A stretch of 64,000 nucleotides of DNA, taken from the NCBI GenBank assembly GCA_951406725.2, contig OX597840.1:17050001-17114000 (forward strand). The letters are read 5' to 3'. The DNA is from Octopus vulgaris. Lineage: Eukaryota. A program made the position numbers and the translations under genes. The number at the start of each line of letters is the position of its first letter. Within the stretch, counting starts at the first letter, position 1. Shown here in pieces: positions 1 to 55,766 of the stretch. The notes beneath the pieces were generated by a model. That model worked only from the letters and a program-made list of their open reading frames with translations, made no database searches and had not been told where the DNA came from.

Positions 1-558
1 ATTATAATTAAGGGTATCTAAAAGATACCACCATGCTAGAGATAGCAGTCAAAACTTGACTCTAAGACCACATCAAGTATTCATAAAGCACAAGGAGAAA
101 AGACAAAGAGACAAATTAACGAGCAAAAAATTATTGGATAATCCCTGGTGTGGTATTTTGATTGGATAATCCCTGGTGTGGTATTTTGATTGGATAATCC
201 CTGGTGTGGTATTTTGACCATGTGGCACATGGAGTTTAGACGGACATTTAAACCAGTCATGTGCATACGTACATATATATATGTGTGTGTATACATGCAT
301 ATATGTAAGTATTCGTATGTTGTATGTATGTATATTTGTAATTGTGTACTATCTGTGAATATCCCACTAAAGAGGCAGATTATATTCTTATGCAAAGCAA
401 GAAATCTAGATCTGGGATTATCCAATAATTTTTTGCTCGTTTATTTGTCTCTTTGTCTTTCCTCCTGGTGCTTTATGAATACTTGATGTGGTCTTAGAGT
501 CAGGTTTTGACTGCTGTCTCTAGCATGGTGGTATCTTTTAGATACCCTTAATTATAAT
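1..558. mobile_element. Foldback element (Penelope-like pLTR remnant) with a decayed hammerhead at 361-418
   Basis: 1-145 is the reverse complement of 414-558. Internal 3 x 28-bp tandem repeat at 133-216. Motif atccca-CTAAAGA-...-GAAA-tctaga-TC-tgggat. Confidence 0.65.
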
Positions 559-871
559 TTTAATAATAATAATAATAATATATATTTTATACATATACAC
601 ACATAGGTTCAGGAGTGGCTGTGTGGATTCTATGGCTGGATACCCTTCCTAGCACCAACCACTCCAAACGTGTACTGGGTTTCATTTATCTGTCACTGAC
701 ACAGGTGCCTTTTATGTGTTGCCAGCACTGGCCACCACTACGATTTCACTTGTGTATATGTACACATACAAACAATTATATGTATAAACACATTTATATA
801 CACACACACACACACACACACGTATTATCAAAAACTAACCTACACTTGTTTGTTTTTTGTTGTTGTTTCAG

Positions 872-42619
<41,748 letters not shown>

Positions 42620-42922
42620 AAGAGGTGCCTGATTTAATAACTGGTGCCACCAGACTCAAATACCATTTGGGAATGAGTTGGTTTACAGCCACAGTCGCTT
42701 GACACTTTATGGAAAGGACGGATTGTGAAGGAGACACGACAAGGATATCATGTTGTTGCAGAACGGACCATGTATCTGCAATACTTTGGCAAATCGATAT
42801 TGTCTGGTCTTGTTCGGAGACGAGAGACTGTTCAGTTTGCATGTCATATCAGACTTTTTGTAAATATACAACAACAAAGTCCACAGCTAGAATTCCTCAG
42901 GGATATCAACTTTTTTTAAAAA

Positions 42923-42928
42923 AATAAA
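42923..42928 (+). terminator. Candidate poly(A) signal of ERCC2
   Basis: AATAAA about 300 nt after the stop codon, at the end of non-repetitive 3' UTR-like sequence and just before an RTE-tail repeat. Confidence 0.55.
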
Positions 42929-43504
42929 TATATTCTCATTCCATCTGTTACTATTTCTTATTCAATGACAGCACCGTATGACTGGTACCCCGTGATAGTG
43001 GAGCAGTAAGAGCACCATCCGAGCGTGATCGTTGCCAGGGCCGCTGACTGGCCCCCGTGCCGGTGGGATGTAAAAAGCACCATTCGAGCGTGATCGTTAC
43101 CACCGTCGCCTTACTGGCAGTACGTGAAAAACAACATTCGAGTGAGGGTGTTACCAGTGCCGCTAGACTGGCTCCTGTGCAGGTGGCACATAAGAAGCAC
43201 TATTTGAGCATGGCCGTTGCCAATACCGCCTGACTAGCCCACGTGCTGGTAGCACGTAAAAGGCACCCACTACACTCTCGGAGTGGTTGGCATTAGGAAG
43301 GACATCCAGCTGTAGAAACTCTGCCAGATCAGGTCGTCAATCAAACCGTTCAACCCATGCCAGCAAGGAAAGTGGACGTTAAACGATGATTTCTTTTACT
43401 TCAGAATTTAGGCAGTGAGTCAGTGGAGCATCAAATACAATTCAGTGTTTGTTCTGGCTCTGCAGTTGGCGTTCAAACCTTACTGAAGTCACTCTCTAGC
43501 TTTT

Positions 43505-43932
43505 GCCCCTTGGCATTTAAAGCAGCCACACCCAGCTCAAATATTCTGTTTTATGTTCAAACCATCCAGATCTGGCCTCTCGCACCTATCTTACAATGTC
43601 ATTCTAAAGATAATCACATCATCGAAATCTTAAAGCTGTGAGGTAATCCACGATTAATTCAAAACTATGTGAATAGATAAGCATTACATTTGACAGGGTA
43701 ATCTGAATGCTGGAGGGTTGTTAAACCAGCCATATCAGGCCCAAATATTCTACTGGTTTTTCATTCAAACCAACCACATTTGGCCTCTCACACCTAGCTT
43801 ACAATGTCATTCTAAAGATAAACAATCACATCACTGAAATTTCAAAGTTACAAGTTAATGCAGGATCAATTCCAAGCAGTGAATAAATAAGTAATTTATT
43901 TGATTGAATAATCTGAGTGCTAAAGGGTTAAA
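43505..43932. mobile_element. Non-autonomous DNA-transposon-like repeat ending aaagggttaa
   Basis: Shared core ctctcacacctaccctacaatgtcattc with copies at about 19808, 40725 and 62130-62600. Confidence 0.55.
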
Positions 43933-46900
43933 GAAGACTAAGGTATCAGTATGGGGTGGTGGTAGGAGTTGACTCATCTTTTTAAGGAAGAAAGCAGCTA
44001 TTTACATTTGATGGATATTTGTCCTCATCTTGTTTGTTGTTAACACATTTCGGCTGATATACCCTCCAAATCATATCTTACCTGGAAAAAAACAATGCAT
44101 TTATTACTAAGAAGAGGTGAAATTAATGCCTGCAAGAATTCATAGCTCTACCCTCACTCCTTTATAGTCAGCCTAAGAACTTTTTAGCCTGCTCTTGTAT
44201 GTATGTCAAATGAACTCTATTTTTTCAAAACTTTTCAAATTTTAAAGGTAATTTATGGACAGACACTGTGTGACCATATGTCCCTTCGTCTGGACATTGT
44301 AGTTGTAAATGAGTACCACCACCATAAAAATAAAAGTGGTGTCCATTTCTAATATTTCATAAAAACATGTCTGGCCATGTGGAATGTTACTTTGCTGGGA
44401 AACAGGTGAGGGTTGACAAGAAAGGTGTCTGGTCACAGGTGAGTGGGTGGGTGTGTTTAAATGCTGTTTCTTATTTCTTAAGTTGCCCACAAAGGGATAA
44501 ACTTAGAAGGGACAAACAAGAACAGACAAAGGGATTAAGTCAATTACATCAACCTCAGTGCATAACTGGTACTTAATTCATTGACCCCGAAAGAATGAAA
44601 GGCAGAGTTGACCTTGGCAAAATTTGAACTCAGAACATAACAGCAGACGAAATACCGCTAACATTTCTTCCAGCTTGCCACCTTTAAATTCTGTTTCTGC
44701 TATACAAGTATTTGAGCCCAGGTCATCAGTCTGCAAATTCTTCATAGTGCCATTTCAAACAACAATGGACCAAGGGTGATTTCCAGAAACTGTTGAGAGA
44801 TCACAGCACTGGTTCTATGGGACCTGTGATTAGAATGTCAGAGGGAAGTATGGTGAGACAGATTCTTCAAGCTGAGCCAACCGACAGGAGACCGAGGATG
44901 AGAGGATTGGATAATGTCCATAGTCTCAATTGATCCTGCTTGGGAACACATCTGGAAAGTGTAATGATGGTTGCTCTCGATAGGAACCTATGGAGATGGT
45001 GTTGAGGACTCTTACCTCTACAACTCTCCCAGAAATAGTGGGCAGAGAGGTAGATGAACTGGCAGAATGGTGGTGAGGCAGAGAGGTGGGTAGATGGGTA
45101 GGCAGAAGTCCAGTATTATGGACATGTGATTAGAATGTCACAGGAAAGAATTGCAAGATGGATTCTTCTTGCCAATGAACAGAAGATATAGGGATGACAA
45201 GAATGAGATACCTTTTTAAGGTTATTTCTACAGATTTTCTATAGAAATTATAGCCAGCATCGATTTGTTACATTTAGTATCCAAATACATCTAATGTAAA
45301 CAACAATGTGATTGAAGATGGAAAAATAGGTAATAGGTGTATATGCATATTTCAGGGGTTCTTGCTCTTTCATCAGTCCCACATCCAACTCATTAAGCAT
45401 CCATCAACTCACTGCTTAAATAACCACCAAATACAGTGGTTTAACACTATCTTTTATCTTTTACTTATTTCTGTCAGACTGAGGCCATGCTGGGGCACTG
45501 CCTTGAAGAATTTTTAGTCGAATGAATTGATCCCAGTGCTTACTTTTTAAGCCTGGTACTTATTCTATCAATCCTTTTTGCTGAACCACTAGGTTACAGG
45601 GGCATAAATACACCAGCACTGGTTGTCAAGCGATGGTGGTGGAACAAACACAGATACAAAGACACACACATACACACATATATACAATAAACTTTTCAGT
45701 TTCCGTCCACTCTCAAGGCTTTGGTTGGCTTGGGGCTATAGTACAATTTAATTGCACTGCTAACACAGTAGGACATTGTACTGACATTTATGCAATAGTA
45801 ATACACAACAAAGAATATTAAATGCTTTATAATGAAATATGGTATCCCTACAAGTAATTAAGAATGAGAAAGTTGAATTATATCCATAGTCGAAGATAGA
45901 TGCCTTTGGGAATCTAATGAGAAAATGTAATGAGGTCACTTCTGACAGGACCTGATGGAGGTGGTGTTGAGGACATTCAATTATTTATATGTCAGACTTT
46001 CAGAATAACCCTTACATAAATTGCTTTTCTTTTTTCCCTTTCGGTTAAGGGTCCACATTTCAAAACACTTGCCATAAGACTTTCTTTAACATGTAGTGAC
46101 GCTATTGTGGAAGTTTCAACACGCATGTGCAGAATTGGATAATTTCCGGCAGGCTGCCGGAAGTTTCCTCATGCGCAGGAACTGCAACCTGAAAGCGTCC
46201 CCGTTAAAATCGGTCTTTTTGGAAGAGCAACCCTAACGAGCAGACGCGACTAAGACTTCTTGCAGGGAAAGCGCTACGCACAGAGAAGCTCTCTCTTCGA
46301 AGCGGGAACGGAGACCGTATCTTCTTGGCTCACCCGAGTGAACATTTGTAAACAGTCCTGTGGACTTGGCTGCTGGTTCGCCCTTAAGAAATATATATGT
46401 ATATATTTTACCTGTGAACCCGAAGAATAAAATACTATTTATTGTTATTGAAGACGGCCGGATTTTTGGTTCCTTTTCTTCGACTATTGTATGTGACAAG
46501 ATAAGACCAGACACCCCTCAAGTGTTCCTGAAACTCTCATCTGTTACAAACCCTTTTTAATCCTTGCATTTTTTTTTTAATTCTTGCATTTTTTTTTAAT
46601 CCCTCACCCCACTTACCCATCCCCTCATTGTATGTTGGGAACAAAAACCACCATTTTCTATGGAGGGGGGGAAAACAAAGACACACTTTCATGAATATAT
46701 ATATCTATACACACATACACACATATGTACATACGATGGGCTTCTTTCAGTTTCTATCTATCAAATCCACTCACAAGGCTTTGGTTGGCCCAAGGTGCCA
46801 TGTGGTTAGGAAGCAAGCTTTTTACCACACAGCCCATGCATAAATCAAAATTACTTTTTTTTTAAAAAAAAACAAGATTTTAATCATGAAAATTAAAATG

Positions 46901-46975
46901 TGGAAGTACAAATTGTTTTCTCTAAAAATGAGGCACAGGAAGGGCTGTGTAGTAAGTAGCTTGCTTACCAAGCAA

Positions 46976-47273
46976 TGTGAAGTATATTTGCCACTTAAAT
47001 GTGGCAAACCATTAAGGGTGGATGCTACTGTAGCTTGTAGCCCCAGGAGAACATCTTCCCCAGCTGGCTATTGACACACTTTCTGTGCCCTATCAGTATT
47101 TGCAAAGGGAAGCCATCCTTCCTATTGTCGACCTGACGGCTCCCCTTTGCAAATACTGACAGGACACAGATATTGTGTCAATAGCCAGCTGGAGATGTTC
47201 TCCTGGGGCTACAAGCTACATTAGCATCCACCCTTAGTGGTTAGCCACATTTAAGTGGCAAATATACTTCACA
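46976..47273. mobile_element. Near-perfect palindromic MITE/foldback (arms about 140 bp, 17-nt loop)
   Basis: 46976-47117 is the reverse complement of 47135-47273. Confidence 0.8.
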
Positions 47274-47813
47274 GTGTTAACAACAATATCCGTCAAATGT
47301 AAATAATTCATCCCCCAAATATAGAACACTAAAAATTATTGAACGTGTGGGGCGCTAAGACTACTTCTTAGTAGGCAAATGTTGAGAAGCTGTTATCCCT
47401 GCACAAGGTACAGTCATTGCATTGGACATGTTCAAAAACAATGCAGTTACAGGTGGACATGATCTATGGGTCCACGAACATATAAGATGGAAGCGAGGGT
47501 TGAACATGGCTGGAAGGTTGACCTACGACTTCAATACCACCACCAATAACAACAACAACACAAACAAAAACATGGTAATCATATGTAGATCGAAGAAGAG
47601 AATTTATTAGAAGAGATTGCAAACTGCAGAGAGAATGAAAGAGAAAAAAGCTGATCAGTAAAATAATTAATAATAATAATAATGGTTTCTAATTAAGACA
47701 GAAAGGTAGAAGTTTTGAGGGGAATGGAAGAGAGGCAAGGGTTAAATAGATGACATCAACCCCAGTATTTAACTGGTACTTTATTTTAATCGACCCTGGT
47801 AGGATGAAGGGTC

Positions 47814-49420
47814 GAATGAGAGGCAAAGGTGAAGTTGATGTCGGAAGGGTTTGAACTCAGAGTGTAAAGAGCCAAAACGAATACCACTTGTTTGATGCTC
47901 CACCGATTCTACCAATGGCAGAATTGACCAACTAAGATTGGAGAGCAAAGAGTCGGTGGCCAGATTGGTGTGAGCCCTTCGTATTTGTTTAAGAGTGGTA
48001 CCCCGACATACGCGGAGGTGGAGGTGAATGGGAATTGTTACCTCAATATACAAGAACCAGAATGAATGCAGCAAGGCAATTTTTTCTTCTTCCGATGCTG
48101 GTTTGCCTCCACCATTTCCATCTTTGATAGCATCATAATAAAAAAAATGATTATTTTTTTTCAAGTACTAATTAGAAAAAATTAAACAATTCTCAAATAA
48201 ATTTCACTGTATGTTTTTATTCCATCATCATCATCATCTTTACAAATACAAAAAAAAAAGACAAATAAAATTTATATTTACTTCTATTGTTTTTATTTTT
48301 TGTTGTGACTTGTGTTTTTTTGTTTTTCTTTTTTTTTCCTTAGATTTTAATTATTTAAAACAAATTAAAACTGAAAACGATTAACGACTTCAGTTTAATT
48401 TTTGATGATATGAATTAGGAAATACGATGAAAAAATACTTTATTTTTTGTTTTATTTATTGTCAATGTTATAATTATCATCATCATCGTCGTCGTTATCA
48501 TCATCATCATTATTATTATTATTATCATACAGATGAAAAAGAAACGTGTTTATCATAGATTTCCTAGGGAACTTAAAAAAAAAATTTTTTAATCAATTTT
48601 CTTTAAACCCCCATTCCAGTCAAAATGTGCTAAAGAATTGAAATTTCATTTTGTTTTTTTAATCATTGATGGGGAGGGCAAACTTTTACCAACAGGAGGC
48701 TAAATTCTGTGTGTGTGTGTGTCTTGCAGAAGAGGTAGGTCTAGTGTTGCCAATTGAACCGATTCCAGTTGAATGTCTAGAGATTTCTAACGATTCCAGA
48801 GGAACGAGGAAAAACAAAATACAAAACCAAGAACCAACCCAACAAGATTTGAACTTGGAACTAATTAGAGAGAGAGGAGGGGTGAAGTTTTCCATTGAAT
48901 AACAATGCTTTCTAATTTTGGCACACACCCAGTGATTTTGGGAGGAGGGGCAAGTTGATCACATCGACCCCCTGTACATGACTGGTACTTTATTTCATCA
49001 ACCCCGAAAGGATGAAAGGCCAAGTCGGCCTTGGCAGGATTTGAACCCAGAATGTGAAGAGCTGGAGGAAATACTGCTGAGCATGTTCATCCAACAGATA
49101 ACAGTTTCCGATTTAAGCACAAGGCCAGCAATTTTAAGGAGGACGGTCAGGCTACTATACTGACCCCCACCCTGCTGCTCACTTGATTGGTCATTATTTT
49201 ATCGCATCTAGAGGAATGAGAGGCAAAGGTGAAGTTGACGTTGGAAGGGTTTGAACTCAGAGTGTAAAGAGCCAAAACGAATACCACTTGTCTGATGCTC
49301 CACCGATTCTACCAATGGCAGAATTGACCAACTAAGATTGGAGAGCAAAGAGGCGGTGGCCAGATTGGTGTGATCCCTTCCTATTTGTTAAAGAGTGGTA
49401 CCCCAACATACGCGGAGGTG
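47814..49420 (+). repeat. Local direct duplication of about 207 bp (47814-48020 and 49214-49420)
   Basis: Near-identical copies 1400 bp apart. Confidence 0.8.
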
Positions 49421-51084
49421 AAGCAACTAAGGGGTGGAGAAGGGGGTGAATGGGAATTCAAGCAATCAAAGCCCTGCCCTTTTATTTGGGAAAACTGGAA
49501 GAACAGATGAACAATTAAAAAACAAAATTTATCCCTTTGGGTGGGGGACAGGGATGGGGCCAAAAGTGAGAGAGTGCAGACAGTGCTTTAATAGATTCCA
49601 AATTTTATATTTGGGAGGGAGGGCCATATTTTTATATTTTTTGTTGTTAATTATAAATTCACTGCTGTGTATAAGTATGGCAGGGTGAGTGCAAGGTGGA
49701 ATCAAAGTTGGAGGCCATAGCAAGAATATTCAAATATAGGGGGCAGGTTAGTTTTTACTGAGGGGGAAAAAACTTATGGCAAGTTTTCAATAACCACTTG
49801 CATAGGGGCTTGCATGCACCCACGTATGCATGGTCGATTGTGTAATAACCCATTTCTCTTTCTTTATATTTATTCTTTCCCTGACTAAGCTATTGTTTGT
49901 AGCCAGCGATGTTGGGGATCATTACCTTTAAAGGGTTTTAACCAAATATATCAATGTCAAGCCACCTGCCTACTCAGACCCTCAAGGAGAGAGGAGAGGA
50001 AAAAACAAATGACCTAGGATGCAGGTAAGGATTGGATTTGAACACCACTTGAATGTAAATGAACGTAACTAAATGACAAAATATTTTTGCCTGATGCTCT
50101 ACCAATTCTGCCATCAAACCACCACATTGAATGCAACTGAATATAAATTTGGCTTTAAATTATAAAAAAGTAGGTACATTTTAAAGTTTAAGGGTCAGAA
50201 ATGGAATAGCACAAAAGAAAAAGTATAAGTTGAATGGTGATGTTTATTGCAAAAACATGAAAATAAAATTATTAACAACTGTTTCAAATTTTGGCACAAA
50301 GCCAGCAATTTTTAGGGGGATCGGGATTAGTCAATTACACCAACCCCAATACTCGGCAAAGTTGACCTTGGCAAGATTTGAACCTAGAATGTAAAGAACT
50401 GGAAGAAACGCCACTAAACTAAATTCTAGAAATGTTGATTATTGAACTCGGAATCAGGCGTCAAATATTTGGTCCACCACTACCCCCCCTCCCCATATTG
50501 GATCAGATTTTTGACTTGGCACAAGATTCTAATGAACATTTATCCAGTGGGGATGTAAATGAAAGGGTTGATGTGACCAAACGACATTGATACCTTAAAA
50601 AAAAAAAAGAGAAAAAGATAATGGATTAATTAATTAATTAATTAGCAGCCATAGAATGAAGAGAATTGAAGCAGCTTTCATCTGGGAGATGGACCTCTTC
50701 TACAGAAAAAGCAGCCCTATTGAAACCTCTATATTGCCCTCCTTAGTACCAGCTTTAACCCACGTCCCCAACATGTTCAGCTCACCTGTTATACTGTATT
50801 AATCATATTAATGCGTGTTACCAATGCAGGTGTTGTATACATAACAAGTGTGTCTTAGACAGCATGCTACTACTACTACTATTATTAACTTTATTATTAT
50901 TGTAAGGGGAGGTGGGTAAAAAAATGGTAGATTGCTTGCAGACTTATTCAGCAGCCAATTATAGCAACGTCCGTCCCCAGACACTGGCTTTTTTGTGCTG
51001 TATTGGCCTTAGAAAGATGAAAGGCATAAAAGCTAAAAGGATCTGGGATTAATCAAGAAGGATCAGTTTTTCATCTTCCTTTTC

Positions 51085-51516
51085 TAAATTGAATATACAT
51101 ACATATACATATTACATACATATACATATAAACGCACACAATATGCATTACATATAAATATATATGTACAATACATAAATATACAAAATAATTGACAAAC
51201 ATATATAAAATATATGCATACATATTTTATATAAATATATATATAACAATATAAACATGAATATGTATACATAATATACATACTTTTATAAATACATATA
51301 TATTACACATATATAATCATATAATATTAATGTTTTATATATATAGATAATGAAATATATATAACAAAGACCAACCAGTAACAAACAGTGAATCGTGTAT
51401 AAGAAAAAACTGTTTCTTGCTCAGCAGAAAGTAAAAGACTTAGCAGGTTCTATTGTCAATCAGCTTTTTTATATATATATATTATATATATATATATTAT
51501 ATATATATTATATATA

Positions 51517-51549
<33 letters not shown>

Positions 51550-51565
51550 ATGTATATATGTATCT
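51085..51565. repeat. AT-rich low-complexity / (TA)n region
   Basis: Visible. Confidence 0.85.
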
Positions 51566-53299
51566 AAAATAACAAATTGGTTGGCAAGAGGCAACTATTA
51601 ATAAAAGATATCTATCAAACAAAGACTGACCCAAAGGAATATTATTAATTACATTGGCTACAACTTTTGGGGGGCAGGGGTTATTTTTTGCTGACCTTCG
51701 CCTCCACCATCAAGAGAGGACATAAAGCAAAACAAACCCGTGTAGGAATTGGTGAACTAAATTACTTAATCTCCTCCTTTTGCCTAAAATAGCTTTAAAT
51801 TGGCTGCTTTTCTGGGCTTTATAAAATCATTCCCTGTTTTCATATATCTTGACAAAATAGCAGAGCTGGGGTGGGTCACGCTGTCACCTCACTTCCATCC
51901 CCCAGATGGCACCACCAGCACAGAGGCATCTTTCACAGGATATAGAAGACAGACGGAACCAATGCCTTTATTCTTTAGCTGTAGCATCAAAGGACTGCAA
52001 GTTTCGTTAAACACCTTGGTAAAGGTATAGTGATTGGTTTGGAACGGTGACAGAAGCTATACCACTGGTGTTTGATTTAGGTACACGTGCATGTGTGTGT
52101 GTTTGCAGGGTGGGGGCAGAATGGGAGGGGGACATATTTAAAACAAGATTCTGGCAAGTTGGGGCAATTTATCAAGTAAACAAAGATAACTTTAGCAGAA
52201 ATCAATGGATTTGTAAAGAACTAAGAACGTAGCAGCAGGAGTGGTGCAGTCAGTTCAATCACCACCACCAATGTATAACTGGTACTCAGCAGGATTTGAA
52301 CTACAAAGGTAATACCACTAGGTATTTTCTATGCAGCACTACCACCCAGTACTTGACAGGTACTTCATTTCATTGACCCTCGAAGGATAAATGACAAAGC
52401 TGACCTCAGTAAGATTTGAACTTGGGATAGAGGTGTAATGAAATACCACAAGGTATTTTGTCCAACACTATAGATTCTTCAATCCCCACCCCCATACAAT
52501 CATTGCTAACACTGGCACATGGTCAGACATTTCGGAGGAGGGGGTGGTGCTAGTTGGTAACACTGACCCTAGTATTTCACTGACAAAATCAATGCTGGTA
52601 GAATTTGAACTCGGAATGCCAAGCCACTGCCCTAAGAATAATAATAATCCTTTCTATTATAGGCACAAAGCCTGAAATTTGGGGGGAGGGGGCTAGTCGA
52701 TTTCATTGACCACAGTATATCACTGGTACTTATTTCATTGACCCTGAAATGAAAGGATGATAAAGTCAGCCTTGGTGGAATCTAAACTGAGAATGTAAAT
52801 AATAATAATAATGTATATGTAAGGTAGAAGGTGAGAGGAGGGGGTGTATTTAATCTCATTAGTCATAACAAGTATGGACTTTATAAACCAACCCCACTGG
52901 AGGGAAAGAAGACAGGTCAAGTCCACCTCGGCAGGATTTGAAATCACTTAAAATTGATTTGTGACACAGGCACAAGGCCTCAAATGTGGGGTGAGGGTGG
53001 TTTCCGATTAAATACACTCCCGCCTCTTCAACAACCCACCCAGCACTAAACTGGAGCTTTATTTTATCGGTCCCTCTCCCAAAACCCCTCCCCAGGAAGA
53101 ATGAAATGGGAAAAGTTTCGGGGGAGCTCTTTACAATGGGATTTCAACCTGGAACACATAGGATCAATCGAAACTAAATGCCGCAAGCTGTTTTGGCCAA
53201 CTTTCTAACGATTCTGCTAATTGGACATGCAGAACCATTTAATAACTAATAGCAACAATAGTTTTACTTTTCTAATTAGTATTCAATTGTAGAGCTACT

Positions 53300-53338
<39 letters not shown>

Positions 53339-54265
53339 ATTAATTGATTGGACGTAAGATAAGCAGAGGAAGTGGAATAAGCTGCAAGATTGGGAGAAGA
53401 GGCAGTTAAGTTCATCGTTGTAATTTTAATTAATTAACAAACCCACCCACCCACCCTTATCCCATTCAGGTGGGGTGGGGGATGGAAAGATAAACAGATG
53501 TTGGCTCATAACCCAACCCACCTTCACCACCAGCTCTGTTGGTGGTGAAAGACAGTAGGGGTGGGCATGGAGGTGCACAGGGGAAAAATTGAAAACGACA
53601 TTCAACAAAAACATTTCAATTCCACTGCTTTGCTACTTCACCCATACCTGGTACCTGGCGGTTACAGTAGTTGTAGTGGCACTAACTTATTACAATACTA
53701 ATTATCTGTAATAGTTGTGGTACTAACAAACATATTTGATGGCATACAAGACATGTTTTCTTCCCCCCCACCAAAAAACAAAAATATTCACCCTGGACCC
53801 TATAAGCAGTGCTTTAAAGCACTAAAAGCCTTTTTTTTTAATTAATTTCCTGAACAAGCGCTGCTGAAATTGTGATGTGGGGTGCATCTAATACCTCTGA
53901 GTGTCTGTTATGCCATCAAATATGGTGACTGTAAAAATAGCTATGATGGTTACAGTAAGCAGAAGCCGTATTGAACGCAGCATTTTCTAAGACTATGATG
54001 GTAACTGGCTAAACCATAGAAACGAAGGCTGGGTGATTCTGGGAGTGTGTGTGTGTGTGTCTAGAGGTTAATCTACAACAGTTGGTATCAAAATTGATTT
54101 AGCAGGGAGGTACAACAGGTATATACAAAGAATTATTTTGGATGTTAATTCAATTTGAATTTATTGGTGTCTGATTGATAGTTAAACAAGTTTGCTTAAC
54201 GCTGAGTGCTTTCAAGATATCTGCCTGGATTTATTAATATATTATATTATATTATATATATATAT

Positions 54266-54426
54266 ATATGCAAGAAGAAAATAGAGGAAAAATAACAGGA
54301 AGAAGTTGGTCGTTTGCGCTAATAAGCCATTAATTTAATTAATTAATAAAGAAATTAAATTAATGACTTACTGGTGCAAACAACCAACTTTTTCCTGTTA
54401 TTTTTCTCCATTTTCTTCTTGCATAT
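54266..54426. repeat. Isolated hairpin with arms of about 72 bp
   Basis: atatgcaagaagaaaat...cattaattt pairs with aaattaatg...ttttcttcttgcatat. Confidence 0.8.
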
Positions 54427-55717
54427 AATTTAAATTACGGTTTACCTGCTGAATTACCTGCTAGCTATACCTTTTACCAAGGACTGTACCTGCGCAGGTA
54501 ATCACCAGGAGTGCCTTTGGATTTAACCATCCCCTAGAGGTTTTAAACACCTAACTTATACCTATATATATATATGTGTGTGTGTGTGAGTGTGTATATA
54601 CACTTTATGTACTTAATTTTGCAAAGAGAGGGAGACTTATGGCTAGAAGCAAACATTCCTTAGTGTATATATATATAAAGGGTACTTTCATTTTGAACCA
54701 ATATTATACAATACCCACCCACCCACCTCTGAAAATATGAAAGAAAAAATAGTTTTGTTAAAAAAATTGTAGAAAGAAATAAAAGGAACTCAACTCCCAT
54801 CCCAGGGTAAAAATATATACTTTTTTTTTTCCCCCAAAATTCAAGGACCTGGAGGGATGAAACCAAAAAAATATTGGAAGGGCATTTAGTCAGTTTGATG
54901 CTCCTTTTACCATTTCTGTCAATTCAACAACCCCATTTTCATTAATTAATTAATTAATTAATTAGTAATAATAATAATAATAATAATAATAATGCAAGAT
55001 GATTTTTTTGTTTTTTAGTTGATTATATAAACTGAAAAAAAAAATAATAAAATAAAAAATAAAGGAAAAATGGCTTTGCACCAAAAACTGCCAGGAAAAA
55101 TAAAATGTTTTTGTTTATGGTTACAGTGGACATGTACAGTCAGTTCTCAGTTCTTGAGGTTTTCTTTCAAAGTTTTGTTGTTGCTTGGATGGGTTTTTTT
55201 TTTTTAAAGATTTTTTTATCATTTTTTTTTTTAAAGAGTCCTTGAACAGCCCATTTAAAAAAAAAATAAATTAAAAAAAAAAAGGCCACTTTGGTCAAAA
55301 GTTTCTCTGTTTAAGCTGACTGCATCATTGATCATCTGAGCCACAGAAGTAAAGGAACAATTAGCTGGAAAGAGAAAATATGAGATACTTAGAGACTCAA
55401 AACATAAGGAATATAGATTTCTGAAGAGTTATCCATCACTTACCATCTTCCCCCAACAGAACAGTCAATATACAACACAGCAGGGATTCACAACCATTTT
55501 TTTTTTATCTATGAACCCTTTTGATTACTATTTTACTCTTTTACTTGTTTCAGTCATTTGACTGGCCATGCTGGAGCACCGCCTTTAGTCGAGCAAATTG
55601 ACCCCAGGACTTATTCTATTGGTCTCTTTCGCCAAACCGCTAAGTGATGGGGACGTAAACACACCAGCATCAGTTGTCAAGCAGTGTTGGGGGGGACAAA
55701 CGCAGATACACAAACAA

Positions 55718-55766
<49 letters not shown>

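Noticed and set aside
133-216. Three 28-bp direct repeats, CRISPR-like in length
   Set aside because: There are no spacers (head-to-tail tandem), the context is eukaryotic and there are no cas genes.
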